DNA from: an uncultured Rhodospirillales bacterium
GTDB taxonomy: Bacteria > Pseudomonadota > Alphaproteobacteria > Rhodospirillales > CAJXLG01
Length of the DNA: 62,465 bases
Direction of reading: 5' to 3'
Assembly (NCBI GenBank): GCA_913055885.1
Contig: CAJXLG010000001.1
Location: forward strand, 1-62,465
The notes under the pieces are model-generated. The model was not told the origin of the DNA and ran no database searches. It saw only the letters and a list, made by a program, of their open reading frames with translations. The position numbers and the translations under genes are program-made. Below, piece by piece: positions 34,126 to 43,433 of the stretch (position 1 is its first letter; the number at the start of each line of letters is the position of its first letter).

Positions 34126-34902
34126 ATGCCGTCGCCGCCGCGCCTGCCGTCCCCCGCCGCCTGGGCCGCCGACCTGCACCTTGCCGGCGTTTTCCTGACG
34201 CGTCTCCCCCTCGGGTCGCTGATGCGCGCCGGCACCCCGGCGCGCGCCGTGCGCGCCTATCCCGTCGTGGGCGCGGCCGTGGGCGCGGCCGGCGGCGGCA
34301 CCCTGCTGGCGGCCGCGGCCCTGGGCCTGCCCGCCCCGGCCGCCGCCGGCCTGGCGGTGGGCGTCACCATCCTCGTCACGGGGGCCCTGCACGAGGACGG
34401 CCTGGCCGACGTGGCCGACGCCTGCGGCCCGGCCGACCGCGACCAGCGCCTGGCCGTCATGCGCGACAGCCGGGTGGGCACCTTCGGCGTCCTGGCCCTG
34501 GTCCTGTCGGTGCTCCTGCGCGTCGCGGCCCTGGCCGGCCCGGCGCCGCTGGTGGCGGCCGCGGGGCTGGCGGGCGCCGCGGGCGCGGCCCGCGCCGGGC
34601 CCGCCGTGCTGCTCCACGCCATGCCGCCGGCGCGCGGCGACGGCCTTGCCGCCGGTGTCGGCCGGCCCGACCGGGAAACCCTCGGCTGGGCCGTGGGGCT
34701 GGGCGCGCTCGCCCTGGTCCTGCCGGCCGTGGCCGCCGGGCCCACGGCCGCCGCGGCCATGGCCCTGGCCGTGGCCGCCGCGACGGCCGGCGCGGGTTTC
34801 CTGGCTCACCGGCTGGTGGGCGGCCTGACGGGCGACACCCTGGGCGCCGGCATCCAGGCGGCGGAGATCACCGCCCTCCTCGCCCTGGCGGGGGCGGCAT
34901 GA
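34126..34902 (+). CDS. cobS: Adenosylcobinamide-GDP ribazoletransferase (cobalamin synthase) CobS
   Basis: The protein has FLTRLPL, TGALHEDGLAD, MRDSRVGTFG and GGLTGDTLGA motifs, and is polytopic. Confidence 0.85.
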   Translation: MPSPPRLPSPAAWAADLHLAGVFLTRLPLGSLMRAGTPARAVRAYPVVGAAVGAAGGGTLLAAAALGLPAPAAAGLAVGVTILVTGALHEDGLADVADACGPADRDQRLAVMRDSRVGTFGVLALVLSVLLRVAALAGPAPLVAAAGLAGAAGAARAGPAVLLHAMPPARGDGLAAGVGRPDRETLGWAVGLGALALVLPAVAAGPTAAAAMALAVAAATAGAGFLAHRLVGGLTGDTLGAGIQAAEITALLALAGAA

Positions 34903-35510
34903 GCGGGCCCGTCACGCGCTGGTGGTGGGTGCGCCACGCGCCGACGCGGGGTGACCGGGGCATCATCCGGGGGAGCGGCACCGACGCCCCGGCCGACACG
35001 GCCCATCCGGTTGCCCTCGATGGTCTGGCCGCCCTGCTGCCGCCGCCGGACGCCCTTTTCGTCACGCCCCTTCAACGAACGGCGCAGACGGCCCGTGCCC
35101 TGGCCGAACATGGCGTGGTGCTGCCCGATGCCGCCGTGGAGCCGGCCTTCGCGGAACAGCATTTCGGCACCTGGGAAGGCGGTCGGTGGGACGGCCTCGC
35201 CGACGCGGCCGCCGCCTTCTGGCGCGACCCGGCGCGCACGGCCCCGCCCGGCGGCGAGGCCCTGGCGACGGTGATGGCCCGCGTGGGCACGGCCGTGGAC
35301 GGCCACACGCGGGCGAACGCGGGCGGCGACATCCTGTGCGTCGCCCATGCCGGCGCGTTGCGCGGGGCCGTGGCGCACGCCCTCGGCCTGACACCGGACC
35401 AGGCCCTGCGGCTGGCCTTCGACCCGCTCGGGGTGACGCGCCTGGAGGCCCTGGGCGATGCGGGCTGGCGCGTCGGCTGCATCAATCAGGTCGTGCCGGA
35501 GGTTCCATGA
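34899..35510 (+). CDS. cobC: Histidine phosphatase family protein, probable alpha-ribazole phosphatase CobC
   Basis: The protein has WWWVRHAPT (RHG-type motif), SPLQRT-like TPLQRTAQTA and CVAHAGALR. It is coupled by ATGA overlaps to cobS upstream and cobU downstream. Confidence 0.7.
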   Translation: MSGPVTRWWWVRHAPTRGDRGIIRGSGTDAPADTAHPVALDGLAALLPPPDALFVTPLQRTAQTARALAEHGVVLPDAAVEPAFAEQHFGTWEGGRWDGLADAAAAFWRDPARTAPPGGEALATVMARVGTAVDGHTRANAGGDILCVAHAGALRGAVAHALGLTPDQALRLAFDPLGVTRLEALGDAGWRVGCINQVVPEVP

Positions 35511-36034
35511 CCCTGCCGCCCCTCACCCTGGTCCTCGGCGGGGCCCGGTCGGGCAAGAGCGCCCACGCCGAGACCCTCGTGGAAAGCCACGCTTCGTCGG
35601 GCCTTTATGTGGCCACGGCCCGCATCGACGATGCCGAAATGGAAATCCGCGCCGCCGCTCACCGCGAGCGCCGGGGCCCCTTCTGGACCACGGCGGAGGC
35701 GCCCCTGGACCCGGGGGCCGCCCTGGCCGACGCGGCCCCCGGCCGCCCCGCGCTCGTGGACTGCCTGACCCTGTGGCTGAACAACCTCATGGCCGAGGGG
35801 TACGACGTCGAAACGGCCAGCGAGGACCTGTTCGCCGCCCTGGCGGCGGCCCCCGGGCCGGTGGTCCTGGTGGCCAACGAGGTGGGGCTGGGCATTGTGC
35901 CGGACAACGCCCTGGCGCGCGCCTTCCGCGACCATGCCGGCCGGCTCAATCAGGCGGTGGCGGCGCGCGCCGACCGGGTGGACTTCGTGGCGGCGGGGCT
36001 GGTCATGCCCCTGAAACGAGGGGAAGCAGGGTGA
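35507..36034 (+). CDS. cobU: Bifunctional adenosylcobinamide kinase / adenosylcobinamide-phosphate guanylyltransferase CobU (CobP)
   Basis: The protein has the P-loop LVLGGARSGKSAHAE, VDCLTLWL.N and VANEVGLGIVP.N...R.FRD..G.LNQ. Confidence 0.85.
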   Translation: MTLPPLTLVLGGARSGKSAHAETLVESHASSGLYVATARIDDAEMEIRAAAHRERRGPFWTTAEAPLDPGAALADAAPGRPALVDCLTLWLNNLMAEGYDVETASEDLFAALAAAPGPVVLVANEVGLGIVPDNALARAFRDHAGRLNQAVAARADRVDFVAAGLVMPLKRGEAG

Positions 36035-37001
36035 ACCGGCCGCCCATGCGCAGGATGAGCAGGACGGCCGCCAGGGCGGCAGTAATGAGCCCGCCCACGG
36101 CGTAGAGAAAAAGCATGCGGCGCACGTCCTGCGGCGTGGCACGCGCCCGGCCGTCGCCCAGCCACGGCGTCTTCACCTTCTGCGCCGCCAGGGGGCGGGG
36201 CCCGCCCAGGCACAGGTGGAGGGCGCCGGCGGCCGCGGCCACCGTCCAGCCGGGCCCCGGGCCGGCGTAGTGGCGCGCCTGGCGCACCACGGTGCCCAGG
36301 GCGGCGAGGGGCCGCGCCGTGGGCACGAAGAGGGCGGCCAGCGCCAGGATGAGCCCCGCCAGCCGGGCGGGCACCAGGGCGGCGAGGGCGTGCAGCCGGC
36401 GCGCCGCCGCGCCGAAGGCGCGATGGGCGTCGGTGGGATGGCCGATGCCCTCGGCCGTGACGGCCAGCACCCGGTGCGCCGCCAGCCCCGGCAGCCCCAG
36501 AAGGGCGTACCAGAAAACGGGCGCCACCACGCGCTCGCCGAATCCCACGGCCAGGGCCTCCACGGCCCCGCGCGCCACCCCGTGGCCGTCCAGGTGCACC
36601 GTCTCCCAGGGCACCAGGGGGCGCAGGGCGAGGCGCGCCGGATCGACCCCCTGGTCGCGCAGGGCGCGGCCGACGGCGCGCCCGCCGTCGAACAACCGGC
36701 GGGCGTCCAGAAGCATGACGAGCACAACGAGTTCCAGGACCCAGCCGTAGGCGAACAGCAGGCGCCCCGCCCACACCAGGGCCCCCGCCACGATGGCCGG
36801 CACCACCAGGATCACCACCACCACGGCGCCGCGGAAGGCGCGGTCCCCTTCCGGCCGCTGCGGCCGGTTCAGCTTGCGGTCCAGGAAGCCCACGAAACGC
36901 CGCAGCCGCCCGGCGGCGTCGGGCAGCAGGCCGAAGCCGCCGCCGTAGGCGTCCACGGCCAGGGCCAGGAGCAGCAGCGCCAGCGGGTCCGCATCGGGCA
37001 T
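36003..37001 (-). CDS. cbiB: Adenosylcobinamide-phosphate synthase CbiB (CobD)
   Basis: The membrane protein has AVEALA....ERVVAPVFWYALLGLPGLAAHRV and GPGWTVAAAAGAL, as in CbiB. Its 3' end overlaps cobU convergently by 32 nt. Confidence 0.85.
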   Translation of the reverse strand: MPDADPLALLLLALAVDAYGGGFGLLPDAAGRLRRFVGFLDRKLNRPQRPEGDRAFRGAVVVVILVVPAIVAGALVWAGRLLFAYGWVLELVVLVMLLDARRLFDGGRAVGRALRDQGVDPARLALRPLVPWETVHLDGHGVARGAVEALAVGFGERVVAPVFWYALLGLPGLAAHRVLAVTAEGIGHPTDAHRAFGAAARRLHALAALVPARLAGLILALAALFVPTARPLAALGTVVRQARHYAGPGPGWTVAAAAGALHLCLGGPRPLAAQKVKTPWLGDGRARATPQDVRRMLFLYAVGGLITAALAAVLLILRMGGRFTLLPLVSGA

Positions 37002-37007
37002 GGCGCC

Positions 37008-37577
37008 TCAGCCGTCGCCGGTGGCCCGTTTGAGCCGTGCCGCCACGGCCCGGTTGCCGTTGCGCCGGGCGTAGGCCACGGCGGTGCGCCCGGTGTAGTC
37101 GGTGGCGCGCGGATCGGCCCCCGCGTCGAGGAGGGCGTTCAGGGTCTCCATGTGGCCGTTGGCGGCGGCCACGATGAGGGGGGTGCGGCCCTGGTCGTCG
37201 GGCGCCTCGAGGCCGGCCCCGGCCTCGATGAGTTGGCCCGCCATGGCCGGGCGGCCCTGGCGGGCGGCCTCGTGCAGGGCCGTCTCGCCCGTTTCGCCCG
37301 TGTAATCGGGGCGCGCGCCGTTCTTCAGAAGGACCCTGAGAATTTTCTTGTTGCCCTGGCGCACGGCGTGCTGGAGGACGGGCTCGCCGTCGGCGCCCGT
37401 CTGGTTGGGCGTCGTGTCGCCCATGAGCACCCGTTGGACCTTGTCCGCGTCCCCCGCCTGGATGGCCCGCACCAGCTCGGACTGGAAGTGGATCTGCTGC
37501 TCGGCCCGGGCGGCTTCCGGCCCGGCGGCCAGGCCGGCGGCGGCCGCCACCACGGCGGCCGGGAAAAGACGACGCAT
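37008..37577 (-). CDS. Secreted ankyrin-repeat protein
   Basis: The signal peptide is MRRLFPAAVVAAAAGLAAGPEAARA. At least three ANK repeats follow: G..VLQHAVRQGN..ILRVLLKNGA, GETALHEAARQGR..MAGQLIEAGA, GRTPLIVAAANGH.ETLNALLDAGA. Confidence 0.8.
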   Translation of the reverse strand: MRRLFPAAVVAAAAGLAAGPEAARAEQQIHFQSELVRAIQAGDADKVQRVLMGDTTPNQTGADGEPVLQHAVRQGNKKILRVLLKNGARPDYTGETGETALHEAARQGRPAMAGQLIEAGAGLEAPDDQGRTPLIVAAANGHMETLNALLDAGADPRATDYTGRTAVAYARRNGNRAVAARLKRATGDG

Positions 37578-37678
37578 GGCGCACCTCCCGTTGACGCTCT
37601 CCTTCCCGGTTATTGGGGCAAGCCGGTGGCGGGTCAAGGCGATTGCGGTGCGGCCGGGCAGCGGCTACCCTTTCCGCC

Positions 37679-38485
37679 ATGACCGACCCATCCGACGCCA
37701 TCCCCGGCGGCCTGCCCGCCATGCCGCCGTTCCGGCCGGGCGAGGTGTGGCTCGCCGGGGCCGGCCCGGGCGATCCCGGCCTGCTCACCCTGACGACGTG
37801 GCAGGCCCTGCGCCGTGCCGATGTGGTGGTGCACGACGCCCTGGTGGACGCGCGCGTCCTGGCCCTGATCCCCGACGGCGTGACGCGCGAGTCGGCGGGC
37901 AAGCGCGGCGGCCGGCCGTCGCCCGACCAGGAGTCCATCACGGAGCGCCTGACGACCCTCGCCGGCGAGGGCCGCCGGGTGCTGCGGCTCAAGGGGGGCG
38001 ACCCCTTCGTCTTCGGCCGCGGCGGCGAGGAGGCCCTGGGCCTCGTCGAGGCGGGCGTCCCCGTGCGCGTGATACCCGGCGTGACGGCGGGCACGGCGTG
38101 CCCGGGCGCGGCCGGCATTCCCCTGACCCTCAAGGAGTCGGGCAGCGCCGTCACCTTCCTCACGGGTCATGACGCGGAGGGCGGCCTGCCCGATCTGGAC
38201 TGGCCGGCGGTGGCGGGCGGCGCGCCCGTGCTCGTGCTCTACATGGCGCTGCGCACCCTGGGCGCGGCGCGGGATCGCCTTGTGGCCGCGGGCCGTGCCC
38301 CCGACGAGCCGGCCGCCGTCATCGCCGCCGGCACCACGCCGCATCAACGGGTGCTGGACGGCACCCTGGGCGACCTGCCGGAACGGGCGGAAGAGGCCGG
38401 GCTGGCGGCGCCGGCGCTGGTGGTGGTCGGCCCGCCGGCGGCGACGGGGGCCGCCCTGCGGCCCGGCCTGTTGACGGACGACTGA
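37679..38485 (+). CDS. cobA: Uroporphyrinogen-III C-methyltransferase (SUMT) CobA
   Basis: The protein has VWLAGAGPGDPGLLT, ADVVVHDAL, RLKGGDPFVFGRGGEE and IPGVTAG motifs. At about 268 aa it is SUMT-only. Confidence 0.85.
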   Translation: MTDPSDAIPGGLPAMPPFRPGEVWLAGAGPGDPGLLTLTTWQALRRADVVVHDALVDARVLALIPDGVTRESAGKRGGRPSPDQESITERLTTLAGEGRRVLRLKGGDPFVFGRGGEEALGLVEAGVPVRVIPGVTAGTACPGAAGIPLTLKESGSAVTFLTGHDAEGGLPDLDWPAVAGGAPVLVLYMALRTLGAARDRLVAAGRAPDEPAAVIAAGTTPHQRVLDGTLGDLPERAEEAGLAAPALVVVGPPAATGAALRPGLLTDD

Positions 38486-38561
38486 AAGCCGATACCCCGG
38501 CGCCGGCGGATGGCCCGGGCCGGAAGGGCGGGAAAAGGGCGCTTGATCGGCGGCCGGGGCC

Positions 38562-39392
38562 TTGCCTATGCTGCCTCTGTTCGCGTCCTGTTTTCACCGT
38601 TCCGGGAGCCCTGCCACCGTGGCCGATGCGGCCTTCGCGTCCGCGCTGTTGAGCGGCCTGAGCCAGTGCCGCGCCGTGGTCACCAGCGACGGCGGCCTGC
38701 TCGCCAGCCTGTTCCTGACGGGCCTGGTGGGCGGCGGCACGCACTGCGCCGGCATGTGCGGCCCCTTCGTCCTGTCCCAGGTGTCGGCCCGGCTGGAGCG
38801 ACGGCCCGCCGCCTGCATGAAGGAATGGCACCGCCTGACGGACGCCGCGCTCATCCCCTACCACATCGGGCGCGCCACCACCTACGCCGGCCTGGGCGCC
38901 GTGCTGGGCTCGGCCACCGGGCTGGTCACGGCGGTCTCGGGCCTGCGCTGGGTGTCGGCGGCGCTCCTGGTGGTGGCGGCCCTGCTGTTTGTCGGCTATG
39001 CCCTGCCCAGGCTGCCCCTGCCCGTTCACCTGCCCGGCCGCGAGGGCGGCGGGGAGTCCTGGTTCTCGCGCCACGTGGCGGGCCTGGCCCGGCCGTTGTT
39101 CGAGGCGCCCGTGGGCCGGCGCGGCTACACCCTGGGCCTGCTGCTGGGGTTCATTCCGTGCGGCCTGGTCTACGGGGCCCTGGCGGCCGCCGCGTCGTCG
39201 GGCGGGGCGCTGGCGGGGGCGCTGGGCATGCTGGCCTTCGCCGCCGGCACGGTGCCCAGCCTCCTCGGTGTGGGCCTCCTGGGCCATGCCGCGGGCCGCC
39301 GCTGGAACACGCTGGTGGCGCAGGGCGGCCCGGTGCTGTTGATGCTCAACGCCGGCATCCTCACCTGGATGGCCTGGACGTTGGTTGCCTGA
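38562..39392 (+). CDS. Membrane protein of the DsbD_2/TauE-like family with an HCxxMCGP motif
   Basis: This polytopic protein has GGGTHCAGMCGPF in TM1 and GFIPCGLVY later. That pattern is seen in metal/thiol-handling membrane proteins next to SCO1. Confidence 0.55.
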   Translation: MPMLPLFASCFHRSGSPATVADAAFASALLSGLSQCRAVVTSDGGLLASLFLTGLVGGGTHCAGMCGPFVLSQVSARLERRPAACMKEWHRLTDAALIPYHIGRATTYAGLGAVLGSATGLVTAVSGLRWVSAALLVVAALLFVGYALPRLPLPVHLPGREGGGESWFSRHVAGLARPLFEAPVGRRGYTLGLLLGFIPCGLVYGALAAAASSGGALAGALGMLAFAAGTVPSLLGVGLLGHAAGRRWNTLVAQGGPVLLMLNAGILTWMAWTLVA

Positions 39393-39408
39393 TCGCGAGG
39401 ATCGTGCC

Positions 39409-40023
39409 GTGACCGCAAACCGTTGGCGCAAGCTCCTGGGCGGCGTTGCCGTGGTTGTCGCGGTGATCGGGGTGGGCGTGGGCCTGCGCCTGGTGGCCGC
39501 GCCGGGGCATTTCGGTGGCGGGCGGGACACGCCCGGCGGCCCCTTCAAGCTGGTGAACACCGCCGGCGAGACGGTGACGCCGGCGCGCTGGCGCGGCCGG
39601 TACAAGCTGGTCTATTTCGGCTACACCTACTGCCCCGACGTGTGCCCCACGGCGCTGGGGATCATCAGCCGCGCCCTGGACCGGCTGGATCCGTCGGTGC
39701 GGGCGCGCATCGTCCCCGTTTTCATCACCGTGGATCCGGCCCGCGACACCCGGAAGGTGATGGCCGAATACGTGCAGCACTTCCACCCCGCCCTCATCGG
39801 CCTTACGGGGACGGAACGACAGGTCCGCCGCGCCGCCGAGGCCTACAACGTCACCCACGAGAAGGTACCGCGGGAGGAGGGGCCCTACCTCATGGACCAT
39901 TCGGCCCTCACCTACCTCATGGGGCCGGAGGGCGCTTTCATCCGGCAGTTCCCGCACGGCATGGCGGCGAAAAAGATGGCCGCCGCCCTGCGCGCCACCG
40001 TGAAACAGGGGGCGGGCTCATGA
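39409..40023 (+). CDS. SCO1/SenC family copper chaperone
   Basis: The protein has an N-terminal TM, YFGYTYCPDVCP (CxxxC), and DHSA with the conserved His. The GTG at 39409 follows GCGAGGA; the listed ORF begins at a TTG at 39385. Confidence 0.85.
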   Translation: MTANRWRKLLGGVAVVVAVIGVGVGLRLVAAPGHFGGGRDTPGGPFKLVNTAGETVTPARWRGRYKLVYFGYTYCPDVCPTALGIISRALDRLDPSVRARIVPVFITVDPARDTRKVMAEYVQHFHPALIGLTGTERQVRRAAEAYNVTHEKVPREEGPYLMDHSALTYLMGPEGAFIRQFPHGMAAKKMAAALRATVKQGAGS

Positions 40024-40580
40024 CCACGCCGCTGCGCCCCGGCTTCTGGCGCGACACCCCGCTCGCCGACATGACGCAGGCGGAATGGGAGGCCGTGTGC
40101 GACGGCTGCGGCAAGTGCTGCCTGCACAAGCTGGAGGACGCGGACACGGGCCACATCGTGCACACCGAGGTGGCGTGCCGCTATCTCGACGTCCGCACAT
40201 GCACGTGCACGGAGTACGAACGGCGCGGCACGGTGAATCCGGAGTGCGTCCAGCTCACCCCGGACGAGGCGGCGACGCTGCGCTGGCTGCCGCCCACCTG
40301 CGCCTACCGCCTGCTGGCGCGGGGCGAGCCGCTGCCCTGGTGGCATCCCCTGGTGGCGGGGGACGAACAGGCGGTGCACCGCGCCGGGGCCTCCGTGTGC
40401 GGTCATGGCATGGCCGAGCCCGGCCTGCTCGCCACCCTGCGCGCGGCCTGGTCGGGCGGCCGGCGCCGGGCCCTGCGCGAGGACGAGGCGGGCGACCTGG
40501 AGGACCACATCGTCGATTGGCCGGAGGACGAGACGGTGGACGATTTCCCGCCGCCCGACGACGGGGAGGGCGGCGCATGA
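40020..40580 (+). CDS. ycgN: YcgN (UPF0260) cysteine-cluster protein
   Basis: The sequence FWRDTPL..M...EWE..CDGCGKCCLHKLED.DTG....T.VACR.LD..TC.C..Y is YcgN-like. The ATG overlaps the SCO1 stop (ATGA). Confidence 0.8.
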   Translation: MTTPLRPGFWRDTPLADMTQAEWEAVCDGCGKCCLHKLEDADTGHIVHTEVACRYLDVRTCTCTEYERRGTVNPECVQLTPDEAATLRWLPPTCAYRLLARGEPLPWWHPLVAGDEQAVHRAGASVCGHGMAEPGLLATLRAAWSGGRRRALREDEAGDLEDHIVDWPEDETVDDFPPPDDGEGGA

Positions 40581-41506
40581 GCCTCCCCCGGCCGTCGGTC
40601 CTCGCCGCCGCGCCCACCCCCCTGGCCGCCGACCTGGCGCCCGATGCCGCCGGCCTGGCGGCCCACGTCACGGCCCTGCTGGCGCAGGGGCTGGACGGCG
40701 TCCTGGTGCTCGGCACCACGGGCGAGGGGCCGTCGTTCAGCGTGGACGAACGCCTGGGCGTGCTCGACGGGCTGGCGGCGGCCGGCGCGCCCTTCCACCG
40801 GCTTCTCGTCGCCACCGGCTGCCCCGCCGTGCCCGATACGGTGCGCCTGTCGCGGCACGCCCTGGCCCTGGGGGCCGCCGGAACCGTCGTGCTGCCGCCC
40901 TATTATTATGCCGGCGTCGATACGGAAGGCCTGTACGCCGCTTACAGCCGCATCATCGAGGGCGTCGGCCACGACGGGGCGTGGCTCTATCTGTACAATT
41001 TCCCCTACCACACGGGCCTTGCCCTGGAGCACGACCTGATCGAGCGGCTGGTCACCACCTATCCCGATACCGTCGGGGGCCTGAAGGACAGCTCGGGCGA
41101 CCTGGACGGCATGCGGCTGCTCACCCGGGCCTTCCCCCGGCTGCGCGTCTTCAGCGGCAGCGACCGCCACCTGCGGCGGCTGGTGAGTGCCGGCGGCGGG
41201 GGCAGCATCACCGCCCTCAACACCGTGGCCGGCGACCTCTCCGCCGCCGTGCGCGACGCCCCGGAATCGGAGGCCGCGGTCGCGGCGCAGAACCGCCTGG
41301 ACGCCCTGCGCGACGTGTTCCGGGGGCTGCCCCTGACCGCCGCGCTCAAGGAGGCGGCGGTCCATGCCTCGTGGGATGCGGGCTGGCGGCGCGTGCGCCC
41401 GCCGTTGCGGCCGCTGACCCGTGACGAGATCGAAACGGTGCGCGCGCGCCTGGATGCGGGCGGCTTCCGCGCCCCGGCCACCCGCCTCGCCCCGGAGGCC
41501 CCATGA
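40577..41506 (+). CDS. Dihydrodipicolinate synthase/N-acetylneuraminate lyase family aldolase
   Basis: The protein has LGTTGEG, PPYYY and GLKDSSG (Schiff-base Lys context) motifs. Substrate specificity is not assignable by eye. Confidence 0.7.
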   Translation: MSLPRPSVLAAAPTPLAADLAPDAAGLAAHVTALLAQGLDGVLVLGTTGEGPSFSVDERLGVLDGLAAAGAPFHRLLVATGCPAVPDTVRLSRHALALGAAGTVVLPPYYYAGVDTEGLYAAYSRIIEGVGHDGAWLYLYNFPYHTGLALEHDLIERLVTTYPDTVGGLKDSSGDLDGMRLLTRAFPRLRVFSGSDRHLRRLVSAGGGGSITALNTVAGDLSAAVRDAPESEAAVAAQNRLDALRDVFRGLPLTAALKEAAVHASWDAGWRRVRPPLRPLTRDEIETVRARLDAGGFRAPATRLAPEAP

Positions 41507-42216
41507 ACACCCGGGCAACGCAGCACGAACTGGCGGTGAACGGGCGCAGCGTGCCGCTTGTGGTGCGGCGGCACAAACAGGCGCGCCGGCTCGCCCTGCG
41601 TCTGGATGCGGGAGGCGAGCATCTGGTGCTCACCCTGCCGCCCGGGGTGCCGGAGGCGGAGGGGCTGCGTTTCGCCCGCCGCCACACGGGCTGGGCGGCG
41701 TCGTGCCTGGCGCGGCAGGCGCCGCGCGTGCCCTTCGCCGACGGGGCCGAGGTGCCCTTCATGGGGACGCCCCACACCATCCGGCACGACCCCGGGGCAC
41801 GCGGCGGGGTGTGGGCGGCCGACGGCGTCATCACGGTGGCGGGCCGGGCCGAGCACGTGCAGCGCCGCGTCACCGACTGGCTGCGCGAGCAGGCGCGCCG
41901 CGAGGGCCGCCGCCGCGCCGACGCGGTGGCCGACCGCCTGGGGGCGCACGTGGCCCGGGTGAGCATCCGCGACACCCGAAGCCGCTGGGGAAGCTGCTCG
42001 TCGAAGGGGAACCTGAACCTGTGCTGGCGGCTCATTATGGCCCCGGAATGGGTTTTCCAGTACGTGGTGGTGCATGAGGTGGCCCACCTGCGCGAGCCCA
42101 ACCACAGTGCCCGTTTCTGGCGGGTGGTGCGCGACCTGGGCGGCGACCCCGAACCGGCGCGGGCGTGGCTGAACCAGCACGGCCGCGAGCTGCACCGCTA
42201 CGGGCCGGCGCCGTGA
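41503..42216 (+). CDS. YgjP-like M48-family metallopeptidase (DUF45)
   Basis: The protein has SRWGSCS and the HEVAHL zinc motif followed by NHS..FW, typical of YgjP/DUF45. Confidence 0.8.
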   Translation: MNTRATQHELAVNGRSVPLVVRRHKQARRLALRLDAGGEHLVLTLPPGVPEAEGLRFARRHTGWAASCLARQAPRVPFADGAEVPFMGTPHTIRHDPGARGGVWAADGVITVAGRAEHVQRRVTDWLREQARREGRRRADAVADRLGAHVARVSIRDTRSRWGSCSSKGNLNLCWRLIMAPEWVFQYVVVHEVAHLREPNHSARFWRVVRDLGGDPEPARAWLNQHGRELHRYGPAP

Positions 42217-43424
42217 GCGGCCGGGCGGCGCCGCGTCCCGCCCTGCTGGTGGTCCTCACGGGCCTGGTGGCGGTGGGGCCGGTGAGCACGGACCTCTACC
42301 TGCCGTCCCTGCCCCGCATGACCGAGGCCTTCGACACCAGCGTGGGGGCGGTGCAGCTCACCCTCTCCGCCTTCCTGGCCGGCTTCGCCCTGGCCATGCT
42401 CATCCACGGACCGCTGTCCGATCGTTTCGGCCGCCGGCCGGTGCTGCTGGGGGGCCTGACGCTTTACGTGGCGGCCTCGGGGGCGTGCCTGGTGGCGCCC
42501 GGCATGCCGGCGCTCATCGGCGCCCGTTTCGTGCAGGCGCTTGGGGCATGCGCGGGGCCTGTGGTCGGGCGGGCCGTGGTGCGCGATCTGTACGATCCGA
42601 AGGGGGCGGCGCGCGCCCTTTCCTTCATGAGTTCGGCCATGGCCCTGGCGCCCCTGGCGGCGCCCATCCTGGGCGGCTGGCTGCACACCTGGTTCGGCTG
42701 GCAGGCCAATTTCGCCGCCCTGGTGCTTTTCGGCACGGCGCTCCTGGTGGCGGCGCTGGCGCTCTTGCCGGAGACCAACACGGCGACGGATCCCGACGCC
42801 CTCGATCCGGGACGCATGGCCGCCAACTACAGGACCCTGCTGGCCCATCCCGGCTACCTGGGCCACACCCTTTGTGTCGCCTTCGCCTTCGGCGGCCTCT
42901 TTGCCTTCATCTCCGGGGCCTCCTTCGTTTTCGTCGATGTCCTGGGCGTGGCGCCGGAGAATTTCGGCTTCTGTTTCGCCACCGTGGTGGCCGGCTATGT
43001 GGCGGGGACGTTCGGTTCCGGCCGCTGGGGCGGGCGCATCGGCCACGACCACCTGCTGCGCGCCGGCACGGCCCTCCAGGTGGCGGCCGGCGTCGTCGGC
43101 GCCGGGCTGGCCTGGTACGGTGTGCCCGGCGTGGCGCCGGTGCTGGGGCCGCTCGCCCTGTTCTTCCTGGGCACGGGGTTCGTCCTGCCCAACGCCATGG
43201 CGGGGGCCCTGGCGCCCTTTCCCGCCATCGCCGGCGCGGCCTCGGCCCTTCTGGGCTTCCTCCAGATGACCGTCGGGGGCCTCGCGGGGGCCGCCGTGGG
43301 CCACCTGCACGACGGCACGACACTACCCATGACGGCCACCATCGCCGCCATGGCCGTGGCCGCCTTCATCCTGTACCGCGCGGTGGCGCGGCGGGGCCTT
43401 GCCGCGATGGCCGATTCGCGGTAG
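42213..43424 (+). CDS. MFS transporter, Bcr/CflA-like drug resistance subfamily
   Basis: The protein has 12-TM character and PVSTDLYLPSLP.M...F, then GPLSDRFGRRPVLL (MFS motif A). The GTG overlaps the upstream stop (GTGA). Confidence 0.8.
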   Translation: MSGRAAPRPALLVVLTGLVAVGPVSTDLYLPSLPRMTEAFDTSVGAVQLTLSAFLAGFALAMLIHGPLSDRFGRRPVLLGGLTLYVAASGACLVAPGMPALIGARFVQALGACAGPVVGRAVVRDLYDPKGAARALSFMSSAMALAPLAAPILGGWLHTWFGWQANFAALVLFGTALLVAALALLPETNTATDPDALDPGRMAANYRTLLAHPGYLGHTLCVAFAFGGLFAFISGASFVFVDVLGVAPENFGFCFATVVAGYVAGTFGSGRWGGRIGHDHLLRAGTALQVAAGVVGAGLAWYGVPGVAPVLGPLALFFLGTGFVLPNAMAGALAPFPAIAGAASALLGFLQMTVGGLAGAAVGHLHDGTTLPMTATIAAMAVAAFILYRAVARRGLAAMADSR

Positions 43425-43433
43425 GGAAGAGGC

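Noticed and set aside
37578-37678. A cobalamin riboswitch in the cobA/ankyrin divergent region, and likewise in the 34050-34125 cobT/cobS gap.
   Set aside because: The gaps are only about 100 and 76 bp, too short for a B12 element of about 200 nt. I could not find a B12-box-like core. A covariance-model scan (Rfam RF00174) would settle it.
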